Below are positions 39,064 to 47,238 of a stretch of 64,000 nt of DNA, piece after piece (position 1 is the stretch's first letter; each line of letters begins with the position of its first letter). This stretch comes from Ferruginibacter sp. (GTDB taxonomy: Bacteria > Bacteroidota > Bacteroidia > Chitinophagales > Chitinophagaceae). The stretch lies in contig JBDSGK010000017.1 in assembly GCA_039919015.1 (NCBI GenBank), positions 17,380 through 81,379 of the forward strand, written 5' to 3'. The notes below the pieces were generated by a model. That model made no database searches. It had not been told where the DNA came from and saw only the letters and a program-made list of their open reading frames with translations. Made by a program: the position numbers and the translations under genes.

Positions 39064-39219
39064 TGAGATAAAGATTATTTAAAGACATTTATAAATAAGA
39101 TCAGTTTGCCTGGAATTGGTAAACTGATTTTTTATTTACACCTGTACCTGCACCGCCCGCAGCGGAGGCGAAAACAATAAATTAAAAAGGGGCGTGTATA
39201 AATTAAATAGCAAAAATTA

Positions 39220-39765
39220 TTATTTCGGTTCCTGCAGATCTATATCGATAGAATGATCACGTAAACTCGCTTTGCTGTACCCTCCTATCGCTTCTTTCAA
39301 AGCCTTTTCAAAATCTGCAGCACTCATCTGGTCTTCTGTAAATTTTCTATACCCGGTATTGTTGTTTACAATAATGGTTGCCGGAATAGCGCCACTCCAT
39401 TTTGGATCGATCATCGGGCAAAAATGATCGGCATTGGTTTCGTTGAGCCAGGCATGGTTGGTATTGTATTTATTCTTTTTTATAAACGCGGGCAGTCTAA
39501 CAGGCAAATAAGAAGGCAGGTCGAGGCTGACCAGCAGCAGTTTTACTTTCTGCTTTTTGTATTTTTCCACTAACCTGATAAAGTCAGGTATCTCTTCATT
39601 ACAGGGTTTACAAAATGTTGCCCAGAAACTAACTACATACACCGTATCATTTTTAGCCGAAAAGGAATTTACCACATCTTCGATCTTCCATCTGGCAATA
39701 GTTTGGGCATTGGCAGCTGTAAAAAAAGCAAACAACGCTAACACAAAAAGTAGTTTTTTAATCAT
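39220..39765 (-). CDS. TlpA-like disulfide reductase
   Basis: VSFWATFCKPCNEEIP and WSGAIPAT; signal peptide. Confidence 0.9.
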   Translation of the reverse strand: MIKKLLFVLALFAFFTAANAQTIARWKIEDVVNSFSAKNDTVYVVSFWATFCKPCNEEIPDFIRLVEKYKKQKVKLLLVSLDLPSYLPVRLPAFIKKNKYNTNHAWLNETNADHFCPMIDPKWSGAIPATIIVNNNTGYRKFTEDQMSAADFEKALKEAIGGYSKASLRDHSIDIDLQEPK

Positions 39766-39815
39766 TCTCAAAAATACACAGAAAACCCGAAGCCCGCCGG
39801 CACAAAACGTTAAAA

Positions 39816-40016
39816 CCTCATCCCAAGAGCTATCGCTCGTTCCTTTGCAGGAACTCCTTGAGGAGAGGGCACTGGAAGATCAAAGCGATGTTGCCCAAAA
39901 ACTTACATCTTTTACCATTGCTGAAAGATCGTTAATGATGATGTGGCAGGTAAAATGTTTGGATAAGTTCAATGCTCCGCCCCTTCTCTTTCGGAGAAGG
40001 GGCAAGGGGGATGAGG
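39816..40016. repeat. REPIN-like element, family B, with nested insert in the left arm
   Basis: CCTCATCCC-[AAGAGCTATCGCTCGTTCCTTTGCAGGAA]-CTCCTTGAGGAGAGGGC ... GCCCCTTCTCTTTCGGAGAAGGGGCAAGGGGGATGAGG. Confidence 0.75.
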
Positions 40017-40053
40017 CCTTAAATTAGCTTTTGGCTAATCCCCCCTTTCAGGT

Positions 40054-40061
40054 TAAATTTG
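40054..40061 (+). promoter_or_regulatory. Bacteroidota -7 promoter box for lpdA
   Basis: TAAATTTG upstream of ATG 40125. Confidence 0.5.
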
Positions 40062-40124
40062 CATCCTGCCAACCATTGAAGGCAGCCCAATTCTTAATTT
40101 TTAATTCTTAATTTTTAATTCAAA

Positions 40125-41516
40125 ATGGCATACGACGTAATAGTACTTGGAAGCGGCCCCGGAGGTTATCCTGCAGCGATAAGGGCAAGTCAGCTTGGCA
40201 AAAAAGTGGCAATTGTAGAACGGGAAAGCCTCGGCGGTATTTGCCTGAACTGGGGATGTATTCCCACCAAAGCATTATTAAAAAGCGCCCAGGTATATGA
40301 ATATGCGAAACATGCAAACAGTTATGGCATTAGTGTAGAGAATCCAACAGCGAATTTTGGCGGCGTGATCACCCGCAGCCGCGGTGTGGCCGATAAAATG
40401 AGCAAGGGTATCCAGTTCCTGATGAAGAAGAATAAGATCGATGTGATCATGGGCAACGGCAAACTGATAGCCGCCAATAAAATGGAAGTAACAGCAGCCG
40501 ATGGCAGCAAACAAATTGTAGAAGCAAAAAATATCATTCTTGCTACAGGCGGCAGGGCACGTGAATTACCAACCATGCCTATTGACGGTAAAAAAATTGT
40601 GGGTTACCGTGAAGCCATGGTGTTACCCAATCAACCCAAGAGCATGATCGTTTGTGGAAGTGGTGCTATCGGTAGTGAGTTTGCCTATTTCTACAACAGC
40701 ATGGGTACCAAAGTAACCATGGTTGAGTTCATGCCAAGATTGGTACCTGTTGAAGATGAAGACATCAGCAAAGAACTGGAAAAGAATTTTAAAAAGCAGG
40801 GCATGACGATCATGACCAGCAGTGAAGTTCTCAGTGTTGATACAAGTGGTGAAGGTGTTAAGGCAAAAGTCAAAAATCAAAACGGCGAAGAAGTATTCCT
40901 GGAAGCTGATATTTTGTTAAGTGCTGTTGGTGTTGTTGCCAATATTGAGAACATGGGACTGGAAGCACTGGGTATTAAAACTGAAAAAGGAAAGATCATT
41001 GTAGATGCAAACGGGCAGACCAATGTACCCGGTATTTATGCCATTGGTGATTGTACACCCGGACAGGCACTTGCACACGTTGCCAGCAAAGAAGGTATCA
41101 ATGCTGCTGAGCATTTAAGCGGCCACCACCCCGAGCCCATGGATTATAACAATATACCAGGCTGTACTTATTGCAGTCCGGAAATTGCCAGCGTTGGCTA
41201 CACCGAAAAAGCGGCCAAAGATGCAGGCTATGAAATTAAGGTTGGTAAGTTCCCGTTTGTCGCCAGTGGCAAGGCAGTAGCTGCGGGTGCCACCGAAGGT
41301 TTTGTAAAAGTTATTTATGACGCCAAGTACGGCGAATTTTTAGGATGCCATATCATTGGCGCAGGTGTAACAGATATGATCGCTGAAGCTGTTGTTGCCC
41401 GTAAACTGGAAACCACTGCTCATGAAATATTAAATGCAGTACACCCTCACCCTACCATGAGCGAAGCTTTGAAAGAAGCTACTGCTGTGGCTTACGGCGA
41501 GGCTACGGATATTTAA
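40125..41516 (+). CDS. lpdA: Dihydrolipoyl dehydrogenase
   Basis: GSGPGGY, GGICLNWGCIPTK redox disulfide, GSGAIG and HPHPTMSE. Confidence 0.97.
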   Translation: MAYDVIVLGSGPGGYPAAIRASQLGKKVAIVERESLGGICLNWGCIPTKALLKSAQVYEYAKHANSYGISVENPTANFGGVITRSRGVADKMSKGIQFLMKKNKIDVIMGNGKLIAANKMEVTAADGSKQIVEAKNIILATGGRARELPTMPIDGKKIVGYREAMVLPNQPKSMIVCGSGAIGSEFAYFYNSMGTKVTMVEFMPRLVPVEDEDISKELEKNFKKQGMTIMTSSEVLSVDTSGEGVKAKVKNQNGEEVFLEADILLSAVGVVANIENMGLEALGIKTEKGKIIVDANGQTNVPGIYAIGDCTPGQALAHVASKEGINAAEHLSGHHPEPMDYNNIPGCTYCSPEIASVGYTEKAAKDAGYEIKVGKFPFVASGKAVAAGATEGFVKVIYDAKYGEFLGCHIIGAGVTDMIAEAVVARKLETTAHEILNAVHPHPTMSEALKEATAVAYGEATDI

Positions 41517-41524
41517 AAACACAA

Positions 41525-41550
41525 TGTCATGGTGAGCCTGTCGAACCATG
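41525..41550. repeat. Solitary family A REP
   Basis: TGTCATGGTGAGCCTGTCGAACCATG. Confidence 0.7.
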
Positions 41551-41580
41551 ATTTATTAAACAGAAATCCCACCAATATTT

Positions 41581-41609
41581 AATCCCATTTAACGATGGGA
41601 TTTTTTTAT
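41581..41609 (+). terminator. Intrinsic terminator, copy 1 of an identical 29-bp pair
   Basis: AATCCCAT-TTAACG-ATGGGATT-TTTTTAT. Confidence 0.8.
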
Positions 41610-41750
41610 TCCCGCCAAATCACCTCAAATAAATAAGGTGAAAACACGCTATTACACCCTTCGTATACAAATTATGTTTGCATAACTATACCGTAACCGG
41701 CAGTATTACTTAGTAACGCAATTTTAAAACAAACCTTAAACTAAAACATC

Positions 41751-42278
41751 ATGAAAAATTTTGAAATCGGAAGGCTTTTTGAAAATTTACTTAAACGAGT
41801 TGAGATGCTGGAAAACAACTCCGGCGGGGATGGCCGTGAAGAAGAAACTGAAATAACCGAGGATGGCGACATCGTGGAATTTGTACCGGAGAGTATGGAA
41901 AAAATTGAGAACGGGGTTGTTGTCGTCATTGCTGCTTCTGAAGTTCCTCCCAAAATTTTCTTAACAGGAGGTAAAAGAACTGGTAGGGATGAAAGGGGTC
42001 GCTGGGGCCGGTATAGTGGTACTGTTTGGTTACAGGATAATGTAGGAAGAAAACTGAAATGGTTCTATATAGAAACAGGATCGGATAATATATGTAACTT
42101 GAAATATCCGAAATATGCTTCCGGAAGATCAGCACACTACGAAGCAAGAAATACACATATCTGTACTTATGGCTGGAGAGGTATGTGGAGGCCGGGCCAG
42201 GGAGGGGCATCAAGCTGGGGCAGGTTTGTGGATGAGAATGGGAATGGATGGCAGGCAAGGTGGAGTGCCGGTTGCTGA
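41751..42278 (+). CDS. Orphan hypothetical protein (acidic N-half, Gly/Trp/Arg-rich C-half)
   Basis: 175-aa ORF; TATGTTTG -7 box at 41673-41680 and its own terminator. Confidence 0.7.
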   Translation: MKNFEIGRLFENLLKRVEMLENNSGGDGREEETEITEDGDIVEFVPESMEKIENGVVVVIAASEVPPKIFLTGGKRTGRDERGRWGRYSGTVWLQDNVGRKLKWFYIETGSDNICNLKYPKYASGRSAHYEARNTHICTYGWRGMWRPGQGGASSWGRFVDENGNGWQARWSAGC

Positions 42279-42339
42279 TGGCTAAGTTCAGGAAAGAATT
42301 AGAAAACGTACAACAGAATTGATCACCAACGATAAAGTA

Positions 42340-42368
42340 AATCCCATTTAACGATGGGATTTTTTTAT
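42340..42368 (+). terminator. Intrinsic terminator, copy 2 (identical to 41581-41609)
   Basis: AATCCCATTTAACGATGGGATTTTTTTAT. Confidence 0.8.
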
Positions 42369-42421
42369 GTGTTAATATCAGCAAGGATATTTAAGATGTA
42401 TAAAAGGTTTGTATATTTAGT

Positions 42422-43276
42422 GTTATATGCCATTGTAAAAGCACTCTTCAATTTTGAAAATTATTTCAATATCTGATACTCACGGCAAACATAAAGACTT
42501 GATACTTCCTCCGGGAGATACTATAATTCATGCAGGTGATATTAGCATGAAAGGCGAATTATCTGAAATCCTCAATTTCTTTGAATGGTTTACCAGTCTA
42601 AATTATAAATTCAAAATCCTAATCGCTGGCAATCATGACTTCTATTTTGAACGAGAATCAGATCAAACTATCAAAGGTATTATTCCAAATGGCATCATAT
42701 ATCTAAATGATAATGGAATCACGCTTGAACACGTCAAATTTTGGGGTTCACCTATTACTCCATGGTTTTTCAATTGGGCTTTTAATAGACATAGGGGAGA
42801 ACCAATACAAAGACATTGGGACTTAATTCCAAACGATACAGATGTTCTAATTACACATGGTCCAATTTTTCGAACGCTTGATACTACAAAAGATGGTCAA
42901 CATGTTGGTTGCAAAGACCTCTTTAACAAAGTCCATGAAATTAAACCGCAAGCTCATATTTGTGGGCACATTCACGAAGCTTATGGCATGGTAGAGATAT
43001 CCGGAACTAAATTCATCAATGCGAGTGTCGTAAATGAGAAATATAACTTAGTTAACACTCCTATCGTTTTCGAAATCAATTAGTCAGGTCAAACAACGGA
43101 TATAACAGTTAATTGGCGCAATAGCGGTTGGACTTTAAATTTTCAGCATTAACTCATCATTGTCTTTGGTCAGCAGTTGACCGTTAATTAGAAGTTTTTT
43201 CTTAGTTTCATATTCATAAACTAAACCGGCATTGCAACCAGGCGGACGGAATAGTAATACCGCTAATTCGCCAATT
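42422..43276 (+). mobile_element. Integron-cassette-like unit (metallophosphoesterase) with attC-like hairpin
   Basis: 5' GTTATATGCCATT (42422-42434) complements 3' AACGGATATAAC (43095-43106; 1 mismatch, 1 gap). Inverted arms AATTGGCGCAATAGCGG (43111-43127) and CCGCTAATTCGCCAATT (43260-43276), 15/17. Confidence 0.5.
42454..43083 (+). CDS. Metallophosphoesterase (MPPED/239FB-like calcineurin fold)
   Basis: SDTHG, IHAGDI, IAGNHD, LITHGP and ICGHIHE; TTG start; AT-rich. Confidence 0.9.
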   Translation: MKIISISDTHGKHKDLILPPGDTIIHAGDISMKGELSEILNFFEWFTSLNYKFKILIAGNHDFYFERESDQTIKGIIPNGIIYLNDNGITLEHVKFWGSPITPWFFNWAFNRHRGEPIQRHWDLIPNDTDVLITHGPIFRTLDTTKDGQHVGCKDLFNKVHEIKPQAHICGHIHEAYGMVEISGTKFINASVVNEKYNLVNTPIVFEIN

Positions 43277-43308
43277 CATATTTCTAACTAATTTTATTAA
43301 TCAACCCA

Positions 43309-44148
43309 ATGACTAAATATTTAATAATAACAATAGCCTTCTTAATCTTCATTGGTATTCATGATTCAACATGCCAGACCTATAGCAAAGAAACCATACT
43401 CATAACCACCCCTTATGGAAACATGAAGCTGAAACTCTTCAATGAAACCCCACTCCACCGTGATAATTTTATCAGCCTGGTCAAACAGGGTTTCTATGAC
43501 AGCCTGCTTTTTCACCGGGTGATCAACCGTTTTATGATACAGGGAGGAGACCCTGATAGTAAGTCAGCAAACGACACTGTAGCTTTAGGTAATGGTGATG
43601 TTGATTATTGGATCCCTCCTGAATTTAACCGAAAGCTGTATCACAAAAAAGGTATGCTGGCAGCAGCAAGGGAAGGTGATGATATCAATCCGGGTAAAGA
43701 ATCATCCGGCTCTCAGTTTTATATCGTTATGGGGAAAACCTTTGATTCGGCCGCTTTACAAAAAATTGAGCTACGGGTAAATAAGACACTAATACAAAAG
43801 ATCAACTATAATGTTGCTTTCAGTGGTAAAAGTGCAGCACTCAAAAAATATTACACACGACTTTCACTCGAAGAAAAAACGGATAGTTTAAAAATTGTAA
43901 GCCGGCAATTGGTGGATCCCGTCTCCATTGAGCGTTATAAAAAAACACGGCATTTTACTTTTACAGCCGAACAAAAGAAAACCTATGCTACATTAGGAGG
44001 AACCCCGCATTTGGATACGGACTATACGATCTTTGGCGAGATCATTGAGGGACTTGAGGTAATTGATAAAATTGCAGCCATTAAAACGGATAAGAATGAC
44101 AGGCCAAAAGAAAATGTAAGGATGAAAATTTCGATCATTAAAGAATAA
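43309..44148 (+). CDS. Cyclophilin-type peptidylprolyl isomerase (exported)
   Basis: TPLHRDNF, FHRVINRFMIQGGD, SSGSQFYIV, GGTPHLD and YTIFGEI. Confidence 0.92.
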   Translation: MTKYLIITIAFLIFIGIHDSTCQTYSKETILITTPYGNMKLKLFNETPLHRDNFISLVKQGFYDSLLFHRVINRFMIQGGDPDSKSANDTVALGNGDVDYWIPPEFNRKLYHKKGMLAAAREGDDINPGKESSGSQFYIVMGKTFDSAALQKIELRVNKTLIQKINYNVAFSGKSAALKKYYTRLSLEEKTDSLKIVSRQLVDPVSIERYKKTRHFTFTAEQKKTYATLGGTPHLDTDYTIFGEIIEGLEVIDKIAAIKTDKNDRPKENVRMKISIIKE

Positions 44149-44211
44149 AAATAATTGTTGCAGGAACTATGACTTTCAAATTAAATTAAGTACAACCAAA
44201 ACTATACAACT

Positions 44212-44466
44212 ATGGTAAATCTTGCTGACATTAATAACCTGTTTACTGAAAGCGATAAAATAAAACATCTTGTGAAATACCTGGAAGATGTTGAAACACG
44301 TTTAAAAAAACAGGAAGAAACGATCAGCTCCCTGACAGCCTCCCAGGAAATCATGAACAACAGGTTAAACAGCCAGCAGGAGCATTTAGGCTCTCATGAC
44401 CTGCACCTCGAATCCCATGACAAGCATTTGCATTCACATGACCAGCGATTGGATATGCGTAAATAG
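44212..44466 (+). CDS. Small coiled-coil protein with His-rich heptad repeats
   Basis: 84 aa; C-terminal HLGSHDL HLESHDK HLHSHDQ RLDMRK. Confidence 0.65.
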   Translation: MVNLADINNLFTESDKIKHLVKYLEDVETRLKKQEETISSLTASQEIMNNRLNSQQEHLGSHDLHLESHDKHLHSHDQRLDMRK

Positions 44467-44588
44467 TGCTTTCCAGTAACCGGCATAATCCATTTGGATA
44501 AGAAGAACAACCGGGTTTTATCTTTATATTTAAGTCAGAACCCTGCGGTTTTTATTCTTCAATTCTAAACCAACCAAAATTTTATATC

Positions 44589-45722
44589 ATGCAGGTAAGA
44601 TATTTTTTAATAGCACTTGCTTTTTGCATAGCCGGCTGTGGCGGTAACAGCACTAAACAAACAACTGCCGGCACTGCTGATACGCTTGCCGATGGAACGG
44701 TCGTTCAGCGTAATACAGAAGAACAACGTAATACAGAAGACCAATCAAATGGTTTTTGGGAAAAATTAGTGATGGTAGAAATTAAAGATCGAAATGGAGC
44801 CATAGCAGCCATCAGGCCCTTCCCTTCCTCCTGGAAGATCGGTAATTCACTCACCACAGGCCCCTATGGCATCAGTATAAAGAGCTTCCCGTTACGGACC
44901 TTTATGGATAATTATAATCCTTCCTTGCAACAGTCATACATACAAAGCGGCCAGCAATTACGCAGTATGCCCGGGGTGGAGCAGTTGATACAGGAAGATT
45001 TTGTGCCATGGGCCCGGGACCAGGGTATGGAGTTGGTGAACTATTTCGAAATTCCTGAAATATCAAAAATGGATAAATGGTACAGTGAAAGTTTATTTGC
45101 CGCCATGCCAGCCCGGTCGGATGTTGCGGCTTTTGGTATCAACTGGAAAAGAAATGATGGCACCCCCTACTTCCAGATATTGCACCTGACTGTAAAAACA
45201 AGCAATACCATGCAAAACTGGTCTTATTATGTTGACGGACTGGAAGCCGATGCAGATCATATGGAAACAGCCAAAAAGCAATTGATCTTTGGCCTTGCCA
45301 ATACCCGTTACAACCTTGAACCCATCATGGCTTTCAACAAAGAAGAAGCGCAACGCTGTAACCAAAGCTGGGCTGCATTCAACCAGCGCATGGCACAGAA
45401 CCAGGCCAACTTTGAAGCACAGCAACGGGCTTTTGTAAACAGAAGTGAAGCTGTAAATGATGCGATCATGAGTGGCTATAGGGCACGCAATGCAGCGAGC
45501 GACAGGAACCAGGAGAATACGATTGACGGCATTTACGAACGCACGAATGTGCAGAATACCGAAACAGGGGAACAGTATAAAGTATCTGCGGGTGCTAACC
45601 AATATTGGATGAATAACAATGGCGAATATATCAGTACCAGGATTAACGACTATAATCCCAATTTAGACCAGAACATGAACGAACAAAAATGGCAGCAGTT
45701 GAAAGAGATCAAAAAGAACTAA
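44589..45722 (+). CDS. Hypothetical lipoprotein
   Basis: Lipobox IAGC; Gln/Asn-rich helical segment; 18-bp tandem duplication at 44709-44744. Confidence 0.75.
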   Translation: MQVRYFLIALAFCIAGCGGNSTKQTTAGTADTLADGTVVQRNTEEQRNTEDQSNGFWEKLVMVEIKDRNGAIAAIRPFPSSWKIGNSLTTGPYGISIKSFPLRTFMDNYNPSLQQSYIQSGQQLRSMPGVEQLIQEDFVPWARDQGMELVNYFEIPEISKMDKWYSESLFAAMPARSDVAAFGINWKRNDGTPYFQILHLTVKTSNTMQNWSYYVDGLEADADHMETAKKQLIFGLANTRYNLEPIMAFNKEEAQRCNQSWAAFNQRMAQNQANFEAQQRAFVNRSEAVNDAIMSGYRARNAASDRNQENTIDGIYERTNVQNTETGEQYKVSAGANQYWMNNNGEYISTRINDYNPNLDQNMNEQKWQQLKEIKKN

Positions 45723-45933
45723 ACAACCCTGGAATTATTGATAATTGTGATTTTTATAAAAGCAGTGTTTCACTCGCAGTAATACAATAATGCTTTACGA
45801 TATGGTTTACCCTGTTTAAATGAAATTATTTTACAATAAGAGCTTATCCAAATGGATCATTAATTTTCATTTTTTTCTTTTGTTATTTCAATATCTTTAC
45901 TGGGTATATTTTAAACCAAAATAAAACTGCGAT

Positions 45934-46398
45934 ATGAAAAAAATGATTTTTCTCCTGCTGACATTATTTACCCTGCAGGGATTTTCCCAGGAAGTAAGTA
46001 AGCAATATGACAGGATCGGTAAATTCAATAAAGGGGTAGCCCTGGTTTGGAAAAATGGCAAAGTTGGCCTGATCAAACAAAACGGTAAAGAAATAGCCAG
46101 TCCTGAATACGATAAGATCGGATCTTTTGGCAATGATGCACTTGCTTACACCACAAAAGAAGGTAAGATCGGGGTGATCAATACGGAAGGAAAAGTAATT
46201 GTTGAGAACCTGTATGAATCCATTGCACCGTATAAAGGATCGTATGCAATTACAAAAAAAGACGGACTTTACGGAATGATCAACAAACAGGGCAAAGTGG
46301 TCATTGAAAATAAATACGAAAAAATAAAAGTGGGCAGGTACGGAGATATCAGGGCAACTAAGGAAGGCCAGGAAATAATGCTGGATATAAAGGACTGA
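45934..46398 (+). CDS. WG-repeat-containing exported protein
   Basis: Repeats GKVGLIKQNGKEI..PEYD, GKIGVINTEGKVI..NLYE and GLYGMINKQGKVV..NKYE. Confidence 0.85.
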   Translation: MKKMIFLLLTLFTLQGFSQEVSKQYDRIGKFNKGVALVWKNGKVGLIKQNGKEIASPEYDKIGSFGNDALAYTTKEGKIGVINTEGKVIVENLYESIAPYKGSYAITKKDGLYGMINKQGKVVIENKYEKIKVGRYGDIRATKEGQEIMLDIKD

Positions 46399-46422
46399 TA
46401 GCGTATTTTATAAACTAAGTAA

Positions 46423-46498
46423 AAAGTCAAAATTCAAAATTCAAAAAAGGGCCTTCACTTGAGGTGCTTTTGGCTTTTGACTTTTGACTTTTGAATTT
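46423..46498. repeat. Inverted pair of 7-bp tandem repeats (TCAAAAG/TCAAAAT versus CTTTTGA)
   Basis: AAAGTCAAAATTCAAAATTCAAAA ... TTTTGGCTTTTGACTTTTGACTTTTGAATTT; can fold into a long hairpin. A similar pair lies at 57750-57826. Confidence 0.65.
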
Positions 46499-46528
46499 GT
46501 ACTATTTAACCCGGTTTGAATTTGCATT

Positions 46529-46981
46529 ATGACTTTTTTTAACAGAACCTCATCAGTTAATCCGGACTTTCAGTATCTCGTTGCCTTACTCGACGAAGAC
46601 CTGGAGAAAAGGGACGGCGATGAACATTCCTTTTATGCAGCATTTAATACCACCGAAAACATCCGGCATGCAATTGTTTGTTATGTTGATGATAAACCCA
46701 TTGGCTGCGGCGCATTTAAAGTTTACGACCCGGGAAAAGTTGAAATAAAAAGAATGTATATATTACCGCTGTACAGGGGGCATGGGATGGGCCTTGGTAT
46801 TTTAAAAGAACTCGAATTATGGGCTTCCGAATTAAACTTTCCGGAATGTATCCTGGAAACGGGTAAAAATAATCCGGAAGCGATCAGGTTGTATCAAAAA
46901 GCCGGGTATACCATCATCAAAAATTATGGACAATACGAAAATGTGGAGAACAGCGTATGTATGACAAAGGCCATTCTGTAA
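46529..46981 (+). CDS. GNAT family N-acetyltransferase
   Basis: IGCGAF, VEIKRMY, YRGHGMG, LETG and AIRLYQKAGY. Confidence 0.9.
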   Translation: MTFFNRTSSVNPDFQYLVALLDEDLEKRDGDEHSFYAAFNTTENIRHAIVCYVDDKPIGCGAFKVYDPGKVEIKRMYILPLYRGHGMGLGILKELELWASELNFPECILETGKNNPEAIRLYQKAGYTIIKNYGQYENVENSVCMTKAIL

Positions 46982-47019
46982 AATAATGACTGTACGGGCA
47001 ATGTCTCAGTAAAAAAAGC

Positions 47020-47100
47020 TGTCAGTCCTGGTAGCTATCGGGATTGCCGAAGCCGGTATTTTTCTATGGTAACCCGCCTTGTACAAGCTCAAGGCTGGCA
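47020..47100. repeat. REPIN-like element, family A, with nested TCCnGnTAGCTATCGGGA insert
   Basis: TGTCAG-[TCCTGGTAGCTATCGGGA]-TTGCCGAAGC ... CCGCCTTGTACAAGCTCAAGGCTGGCA. Confidence 0.65.
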
Positions 47101-47238
47101 ATCTTCTGATATGATGAATTATGCAAACTGAAACACTACTATCGAAAAAACATTCCACTACAAAATGCAAAAGGAAACGATACCTTAGATATGCAATTCG
47201 CTGAATATCTCATTACAGTACACATAATATTTTAATAA

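Noticed and set aside
38839-39066. 75-aa ORF ending FRKFRKFRGFRRFRKFRGFRGFR
   Set aside because: A read-through of the stop-free 9-bp tandem repeat, overlapping the redoxin gene out of frame; most likely not a real protein.
39557-40027. 156-aa ORF on the plus strand
   Set aside because: Antisense to the tlpA-like gene and running through a REPIN; no coding signature recognised.
41658-41682. dif-like site CCTTCGTATAC-AAA-TTATGTTTGCA
   Set aside because: The spacer between XerC-like and XerD-like arms is 3 nt instead of 6, and TATGTTTG is better explained as a TAnnTTTG promoter box.
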